From an uncultured Gemmatimonadaceae bacterium (lineage in GTDB: Bacteria > Gemmatimonadota > Gemmatimonadetes > Gemmatimonadales > Gemmatimonadaceae), in NCBI GenBank assembly GCA_963773545.1, contig CAVZBP010000003.1:862609-926608 (forward strand): a stretch of 64,000 nt of DNA, in the 5' to 3' direction. The notes below the pieces were generated by a model, which worked only from the letters and a program-made list of their open reading frames with translations, was not told the DNA's origin and made no database searches. This document shows, piece by piece, positions 58,584-64,000 of this stretch (positions within the stretch are counted from its first letter, which is position 1; every line of letters begins with the position of its first letter). Both the position numbers and the translations under genes were made by a program.

Positions 58584-58587
58584 GAGG

Positions 58588-58764
58588 TCACCTGTGGAGC
58601 AGAGTGAGATACATGATGCCCCAGAAGCCGGCGATCATCATGAGGAAGAGGACCATGAGAAAGAGCGTGCCGGTCACGACCGGTTCCGTCTCGGGATCGA
58701 GCTCCGTCTGCGCCGGGTCATCCGTTCCGGTCGACGGCGCCACCGAGGCATCAGCGGGGTCCAT
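58588..58764 (-). CDS. possible oxidase small subunit (IIa-like single-TM peptide)
   Basis: MDPADAS...TGTLFLMVLFLMMIAGFWGIMYLTLLHR sits immediately upstream of the fused II/I gene. The position is analogous to ba3 subunit IIa. Confidence 0.4.
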   Translation of the reverse strand: MDPADASVAPSTGTDDPAQTELDPETEPVVTGTLFLMVLFLMMIAGFWGIMYLTLLHR

Positions 58765-59005
58765 CGTCACCTCTCGAGGGCGGCGGATGATGCGCATCGC
58801 GATCCAGCCGGTGCAGCAGAACCGACAGGATGCGCAGGAGCGCCACGAAGGCGACGAGGAGAACCAGCGCGATGAGCAGCGCGTGGCGCTCGACATGGCC
58901 CATCAGCAGTTCGTTGATCTCTTCCCACACGCCGTAGACAAGCGGGGCGCCCACGACAAGAAACAGCGTCGCGAGCAACGCAAACGTGCGGCCAGACGCA
59001 GCCAT
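58751..59005 (-). CDS. hypothetical 2-TM membrane protein
   Basis: Two hydrophobic helices; it lies upstream of the oxidase genes. Confidence 0.3.
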   Translation of the reverse strand: MAASGRTFALLATLFLVVGAPLVYGVWEEINELLMGHVERHALLIALVLLVAFVALLRILSVLLHRLDRDAHHPPPSRGDDGPR

Positions 59006-59214
59006 GGTGCGTGCCGGGGCGGAGGGCGAGGTGCAGCGGGAGACGGACGACGCGTGGGCCAGCGGTGCGATGGGCGCTCACGGCCGACCAGGAGGACGGT
59101 CACGCGTGGCACAGACAATGGCGCTGCCGAATCGGAAGTGCAAGCCGCTCCCATGCGCACCGCGACGTCGCGCGTGCGCATGTAGGGAAAAGTCCCTCAT
59201 GCGGCGCTACGTCG

Positions 59215-59270
59215 CCTCACGCCCTCACGCCCTCACGCCCTCACGCCGTCACGCCGTCACGCCCTCACGC
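59215..59270. repeat. 8-bp tandem repeat (cctcacgc)x4 (cgtcacgc)x2 (cctcacgc)x1
   Basis: Read directly at 59215-59270. It overlaps the last codons of the extended ADH frame. Confidence 0.8.
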
Positions 59271-60290
59271 CGGAATGACGACGGCACGGATGGCCTCGCC
59301 CGCGCGCACCACGTCCAGTCCGGCGTTGATGTCGTCCAGCGAGAATCAATGCGTCACCATCTCCGCCACCCGGATCGCGCCGCGGCACGCCATGTCGATC
59401 ACGCGCGGATAGTCCACCGGACGGCACCCCAGTGAACCCATGACCTCCATCTCGCGGAACATGATGCGGCCGGCGTTCACCGCCAAAGTGTCCGGGCTGT
59501 ACCCCACCAGCACCAGACGCCCTCCCGTGCGGAGACACGCGAATGCCGTCTCCTGTGTATCCGCGCGTCCGATCGCCTCGAAGGCGACATCTGCTCCGCC
59601 GCCAGTGAGTCGGCGTACCTCCCGATCCGGCCGCTCCACCGAGCGCGCGTTGATCGAGCGCTCCGCGCCGAACGTGCACGCCAGCTCGAGTTTGGTTTCC
59701 GAGACGTCAATGGCGATGACGCGAGCCCCCACCGCCGCGGCCATCTGCACGATGTTGAGCCCAATGCCACCGCAACCGATCACCACCACACGATCCCCTG
59801 CCGCCACACGACCGCGGCGCACCACCGCGTGGTACGGCGTGGTGACCGCGTCGGCAATGATGGCACCTTCCACCAGCGGCACGCCCTCCGGCAGTACGCA
59901 GACATCCTTGGCCGGCACGAGCACGTACTCGGCGAATCCCCCGTCCAGATCGTTCCCCAGCATGCGCGCGTGCTCACAGATGTTCTCCCGTCCGCTGCGG
60001 CAGGCGGCGCACGCACCGCAGGTCAGCACGGCCGGAAGGAGCACGCGGTCGCCCACGCGGCGCTCCATGGGACCCGCACCCAGCTCCGCCACCGTGCCGG
60101 CGATCTCGTGGCCCAAGATCATCGGAGGCGGCTTGAACGTGGGCGTGCCGTGGTCGATGTAATGCAGATCCGTGTGGCAGATCCCGCACGCCGCGACCTG
60201 CACCAATAGCTCTCCCGCGCCCGGCTCCGGTCGCGGCATCTCCTCCACCCGCAACGGCTGGCGCGGCCCGTGGAATACGGCGGCCTTCAT
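59256..60290 (-). pseudogene. zinc-dependent alcohol dehydrogenase with in-frame TGA (CGA>TGA-type nonsense) 30 codons before the natural end
   Basis: Track ORF 59346..60290 ends ...AEMVTH*. The same frame continues FSLDDINAGLDVVRAGEAIRAVVIPA*, which is the canonical ADH C-terminus (ITHRFPLEEIN...). The TGA at 59346-59348 sits where an Arg codon is expected. Motifs GHEIAG and GCGGIG are present. Confidence 0.7.
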
Positions 60291-60306
60291 CGCGCGTCCC
60301 CCCGAC

Positions 60307-60639
60307 TCATCGGTCTCTCGTGTAGATCACGCGCGCCAGGGCGCTCGCGATCGTGCAGTCGCCGCACGTGGGTGGCGTGTCCTCGGAGCCGAGCGGCTCC
60401 AAGCGGATTTCGTAACCGAGCGATTCGTACAGCGTGACCATCTCCTGCAGCCGCGGGGGAGCCGCCGCAAAGCGGCGCGTCCAGCCCGTGGGCGGCGCGC
60501 GGCGGAGCGCGATGAGCTCCGGGCCGGCCGGCGCGCCGCCGTCGTCGAGGCGGTCGGCCGCCGGGACCGACGTCGGATCGTGCGTCCCCGCCGGCATCCG
60601 CCCCGTCGTCATGCCGCCACCCGCGCCAGGCGGCGCCAC
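60307..60639 (-). CDS. hypothetical small protein
   Basis: Only the C-terminal ~50 aa look protein-like. It overlaps the upstream ATPase gene by 30 nt. Confidence 0.2.
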   Translation of the reverse strand: MAPPGAGGGMTTGRMPAGTHDPTSVPAADRLDDGGAPAGPELIALRRAPPTGWTRRFAAAPPRLQEMVTLYESLGYEIRLEPLGSEDTPPTCGDCTIASALARVIYTRDR

Positions 60640-61406
60640 GCCAGAACCGCGGCGCCCACGGCGCCGGTGAGCTGCACCAACTCCTCAGGGGGAACGTTCA
60701 CCGCCGCATCCAGTTGCTCGCGCAGCACGCGCGGCATGGTCGGAAAGCGCATGATCCCGCCCACCAGCGTGATTTCCGGCTCGATTCGCACGCGGCGCAT
60801 GAGCTGGACCGATCGCGTGACCAACGACACGATCGCACCGTGCAGGATGTCCGCCGCGTCGCGCCCGGTGGAGACGTGGTTGATCACCTCCGATTCCGCA
60901 AAGACCGCACACACCCCCGAGATGGAAGCGGGATCGGTGGAGGCGGCGGCGAGCGGACCGATCTGCTCGATCGCGTAGCCGAGATAGCGCGCCGTCTTCT
61001 CCAGGAAGGCCCCCGTGCCCGCCGCACACTTGTCGTTCAAGCGGAACGAGTGGACGCGCCCGCGCTCATCCAGCCGACTGGCCTTCATCGTCTGGCCGCC
61101 CACGTCGAGCACGGTGCGCGTGTTCGGAAAGACGTGGCGCGCGCCGCGCGCGTGGGCGGTGAGATCGGTGACCTGTAGATCGCGGAACGGCACCTGGCTG
61201 CGTCCGTGCCCCGTGCTCACCACGTAGCGAACATCCCCCACCATGAGCCCCGCCGCGTGGAGCGCCGCCTCGTAGGCGGCGTGCGCGGCGGCCTCCAGGC
61301 GGAAACCGCTCTTCACCATCGCGCTGCCCAGCAGCGTCCCATCGGACGACATGAGGACGGCTTTCGTGTACGTGGACCCGACGTCCAGACCCGCCGTGAC
61401 GTTCAT
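60609..61406 (-). CDS. BadF/BadG/BcrA/BcrD-type ATPase (activator/ATPase subunit of CoA-substrate-specific reductase/dehydratase)
   Basis: [22 protein letters not shown], and an acetate/sugar-kinase fold. Confidence 0.85.
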   Translation of the reverse strand: MNVTAGLDVGSTYTKAVLMSSDGTLLGSAMVKSGFRLEAAAHAAYEAALHAAGLMVGDVRYVVSTGHGRSQVPFRDLQVTDLTAHARGARHVFPNTRTVLDVGGQTMKASRLDERGRVHSFRLNDKCAAGTGAFLEKTARYLGYAIEQIGPLAAASTDPASISGVCAVFAESEVINHVSTGRDAADILHGAIVSLVTRSVQLMRRVRIEPEITLVGGIMRFPTMPRVLREQLDAAVNVPPEELVQLTGAVGAAVLAWRRLARVAA

Positions 61407-62218
61407 ACGGTGGCCTCCCCCGCCGCGACACAGGCCGCGCCGGTCACGTGATCGAGCGCGAACAGCGCCGCACCCAGCGCGCCCATGAAGTGGGACTCCT
61501 CGGCGATGTTCAGCGGGACGCCCAGGAGCTCGCGCAGCACGGCGACCATCGCCACGTTGCGCGCCACCCCGCCGCTAAAGGTGACCTCCTCCTCCACCCC
61601 CACGCGCGTGAGCAGCGCGGTGGATCGCGCCGCGATCGAGCGATGCACGCCCATCAAGATGTCTTCGATGCGCTTGCCGCGCGCGGCCCAGCTCAACACC
61701 TCCGACTCCGCGAACACGGTGCACGTGGTGCTGATCTTCACCGCCCGCTGCGACCGCAGCGCGCGGTCACCCAGCTCGGCCAGTGGAATCTCGAGCGCGA
61801 ACGCCGCCGCCTGGAGAAAACGCCCCGTGCCGGCGGCGCACTTGTCATTCATGCAGAAGTCCGTCACCTCGCCGTCCGCGCGCACGCGGATGGCCTTGGT
61901 GTCCTGACCTCCCATGTCCAGCACCGTGCGGGTGTTGGGGTACATGTGCACGGCGCCGCGGGCGTGACAGCTGATCTCCGTCACCTGCGCCTGTCCGAAG
62001 GTCACCTTGTAGCGGCCGTATCCGGTGCCGACCACGTATCCGACGTCCGCCTCGCGCACCACGGCGTCGTCCAGCGCAGCCTGAAACGCTTCCTCGGCGG
62101 CGCGGATCACGTTCGCGCCCGTCGGGATCAGACTCCGCCCCACCAGCCGCGCTCGCTCGTCCACCACCGCCGCCTTCGTCTGGGTGGACCCTACGTCCAC
62201 CCCTGCCGCATAGCGCAT
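61403..62218 (-). CDS. BadF/BadG/BcrA/BcrD-type ATPase, second paralog
   Basis: [23 protein letters not shown]. It overlaps the next gene by 4 nt. Confidence 0.85.
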   Translation of the reverse strand: MRYAAGVDVGSTQTKAAVVDERARLVGRSLIPTGANVIRAAEEAFQAALDDAVVREADVGYVVGTGYGRYKVTFGQAQVTEISCHARGAVHMYPNTRTVLDMGGQDTKAIRVRADGEVTDFCMNDKCAAGTGRFLQAAAFALEIPLAELGDRALRSQRAVKISTTCTVFAESEVLSWAARGKRIEDILMGVHRSIAARSTALLTRVGVEEEVTFSGGVARNVAMVAVLRELLGVPLNIAEESHFMGALGAALFALDHVTGAACVAAGEATV

Positions 62219-62233
62219 GTGCTCCTCCCGGGG

Positions 62234-63532
62234 CTACGCCCCGCGCGCGGTCCGCATTCTCCGGCTGTCGAGCCCCTCGAAGAACGCGTCGATCCGGTTC
62301 TTGAGCTGCGCCTCCGATACGACGCGCCGGTCCATCATGTCGGATTCGATAAACAGGCAGGCCACGTCGCGTGCCTGCATCACCGCCCGCCGACTCCCCG
62401 CGAGTCCGGTGGACACGGTGCGGCAACTCTTGACGGGGTGATAGACGATGCCGTCGGCCAGGAACGTGTCCACGGCCTGAATGAGCGCCCGGTCCTGAAA
62501 GAGCATGCTGTCCGTGGCGTGGCGCACGCTCAGCAACACGCCCTCGGCCAGACTCTCGATAGGACGTGTGAGATCGTACTGCACCCCGAGGTCCAGACCC
62601 CCGGCGGCGAACCACAAATAGCTGGACCCCACGAAGTTCCCGCCCCGGTCGGCGAACAGCTCGTGGAAGCGGCGGAAGATGGGATAGCACGGCACGCCCA
62701 CGAAGAGCAGTCGATAGCGCTCCTCGTCCAGTGCGCCGATGCGGTGCATCACCCGATACTCCTGCTCCTCCACGAGGTCGCGGAAGTACGCGTTGCCAGC
62801 CGCCGTTCCCCGCAGCGCGTTCAACACGCCCAGATAGATGGTCCCATCCACCAGCGCGTTCATGGGCGCCGGCGCGCACGCGTTCAACTCGAGGATCCGA
62901 CGCCAGTTGGCGCACATCTCGTTCGTGTGGTAGAGCACTTCGACCAATCGGTCCATCGAGAGGCGGCGGCCGGTGAGCGCCTCGCAGCGGGCAATGAGCT
63001 CGCGGATCTGCGCCTCCACGTAGCGCCGGTCACGCTCGAATCCGTCGCTGCCGCGCGGATCTCCGCCTGCTGCCGAGCGCGAACCGGGCACATCCACCGT
63101 CACGACGGGCGTGCCGTACATGCGCTCCCAGATCTCGGCCCACTTGATGTAGGTGTTGCACGCGGTCGTGAGCACCGCGATGGCCGGCTTCGGGATGCGC
63201 CCCATCGGATGCCGTCCGCCCTGCAATTGCATGGCTACATCGGCTTTCACGTAGCCGCAGATGTCCGGCGAGTAGCCGTAGTCCTCGGCCGCGCCGAGAT
63301 ACTCGTGCGCCACCTTGCGCACCGCGGTCTGCAACGCGTTGATCTCGGGAAACACCACCGGGAGGTCGAACGCGCGCAGCACCTCCGCCATGCTCCCCAT
63401 CACGAACAGATACGCCGCGGGCGCGCCCTGCACGGCTGCCTCATCCAGTGAGCCGAACCATTGCCGGATGAGACGGGCCCCGGCTTCGCGCCCGCGCCCC
63501 ACCAGTGCCAATGTCGTCGCAACCTGGCTCAT
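62234..63532 (-). CDS. 2-hydroxyacyl-CoA dehydratase / benzoyl-CoA reductase HgdB/BcrB-like subunit
   Basis: 432 aa. The conserved Cys-containing HgdB family pattern is ACNTY, CGY and VKSCR. Confidence 0.8.
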   Translation of the reverse strand: MSQVATTLALVGRGREAGARLIRQWFGSLDEAAVQGAPAAYLFVMGSMAEVLRAFDLPVVFPEINALQTAVRKVAHEYLGAAEDYGYSPDICGYVKADVAMQLQGGRHPMGRIPKPAIAVLTTACNTYIKWAEIWERMYGTPVVTVDVPGSRSAAGGDPRGSDGFERDRRYVEAQIRELIARCEALTGRRLSMDRLVEVLYHTNEMCANWRRILELNACAPAPMNALVDGTIYLGVLNALRGTAAGNAYFRDLVEEQEYRVMHRIGALDEERYRLLFVGVPCYPIFRRFHELFADRGGNFVGSSYLWFAAGGLDLGVQYDLTRPIESLAEGVLLSVRHATDSMLFQDRALIQAVDTFLADGIVYHPVKSCRTVSTGLAGSRRAVMQARDVACLFIESDMMDRRVVSEAQLKNRIDAFFEGLDSRRMRTARGA

Positions 63533-63568
63533 GGCCGCCCCCGTCCCACAGGTTGTTGCCGTGGACTG

Positions 63569-64000
63569 TCAGTCGAACAGAATGTTCTCCACGAACGTCT
63601 CCAGCTGCACCTGCAACTGATCGAAGCTGGTCATGCGTTCCTCGAACTCCGTCACGAAGTACGGTATCCCCGCTTCGTCCAGAGCTTTGGCGTACGCCAC
63701 CTGCTCGTCCAGGCCCGGTTCGCACATCTTTGCCGCCGCCAGCACGGCAGCGTCCGCGCGTGCGCCGCGGATTCGCTCGAGCAGCATGCGCTCCTTCGGC
63801 TTGCGCAGGTCGTGCTGCACGGGACTGTACGAGGAGTCGTTCAGGTAGGCATCCGCCAGTGCGGCGAGGGGATCGCCGTGGTCCGGAACGTCGTTCAGCA
63901 GCCAGCGCATACCGATCAGGAGATCGTCGTCCACCACGTAGCACGACTGAGAAATGGCGCCCAGCAGATCGAGCGGCGGCTGTTCGCAGAAGCCACCCTC
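63569..64000 (-). CDS. 2-hydroxyacyl-CoA dehydratase / BcrC-HgdA-like subunit (partial, N-terminus beyond right edge)
   Basis: The C-terminal ~140 aa are typical of the HgdA/BcrC family. The frame is open to the window end. Confidence 0.7.
   Translation of the reverse strand, partial: EGGFCEQPPLDLLGAISQSCYVVDDDLLIGMRWLLNDVPDHGDPLAALADAYLNDSSYSPVQHDLRKPKERMLLERIRGARADAAVLAAAKMCEPGLDEQVAYAKALDEAGIPYFVTEFEERMTSFDQLQVQLETFVENILFD

Noticed and set aside
59215-59270. Tandem repeat as a CRISPR array
   Set aside because: The units are 8 bp with no spacers. There are no cas genes.
59346-59348. TGA in ADH as selenocysteine
   Set aside because: The position aligns to a surface Arg of the C-terminal region, not to a redox-active Cys. 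No SECIS-like hairpin was evident. Nonsense mutation or error is the simpler reading.

Overview
A GC-rich (~70%) bacterial chromosomal segment with tightly packed genes and many overlapping stop/start junctions. The high GC produces long spurious antisense ORFs in the six-frame track; I kept only ORFs with recognisable protein-like sequence.

Notes on coordinates: real starts are often internal to the longest ORF and often GTG or TTG, which the track prints as M. My nucleotide indexing was off by one at one junction (near 6850), so minus-strand starts inferred from frame arithmetic may be +-1 nt.

The first 28.4 kb is one uninterrupted minus-strand array. In transcription order it reads: tilS-hpt-ftsH-folP-cdaA, a DUF2723 membrane protein, yggS-divIVA, a purine nucleoside phosphorylase, ileS, a DksA/TraR zinc-finger protein, lspA, rluD, and then the system described next.

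The most interesting content is a chemosensory-like core fused in one translationally coupled operon to a Myxococcus-type MglA/MglB GTPase module. Transcription runs from about 13.05 kb down to position 1:
- cheW, cheY, cheA and a CheC/CheX-like phosphatase
- a ~900-aa TPR protein
- a DUF4388-TPR protein
- a TPR-roadblock fusion protein
- a frameshifted MglB-like roadblock gene
- mglB
- mglA, with diagnostic MglA motifs
- a protein made of two tandem DnaA-like AAA+ domains with no N-terminal or DNA-binding domain
- a second DUF4388-TPR paralog that runs off the window edge

No MCP, CheR or CheB is visible in the window. I could not find this combination as a described system from memory, and I flag it as the candidate novel system.

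The rest of the window is mostly ordinary metabolism:
- lemA-htpX, tonB, flotillin-NfeD
- glyoxylate shunt aceB-aceA
- a Usp protein, a serine hydrolase, ADP-forming acetyl-CoA synthetase
- an ergothioneine-type egtB-egtD plus a GCS2 ligase
- citrate synthase, a benzoate-CoA ligase family enzyme, an NSS transporter, an aminotransferase
- YceI, an erythromycin-esterase-like protein, a dienelactone hydrolase
- a fused subunit II+I ba3-type heme-copper oxidase
- a Zn-ADH interrupted by an in-frame TGA, with an 8-bp tandem repeat just downstream
- a benzoyl-CoA-reductase / 2-hydroxyacyl-CoA-dehydratase-like cluster (two BcrA/D-type ATPases plus HgdA/B-type subunits) running off the right edge

No rRNA, tRNA, CRISPR array or mobile element was recognised.
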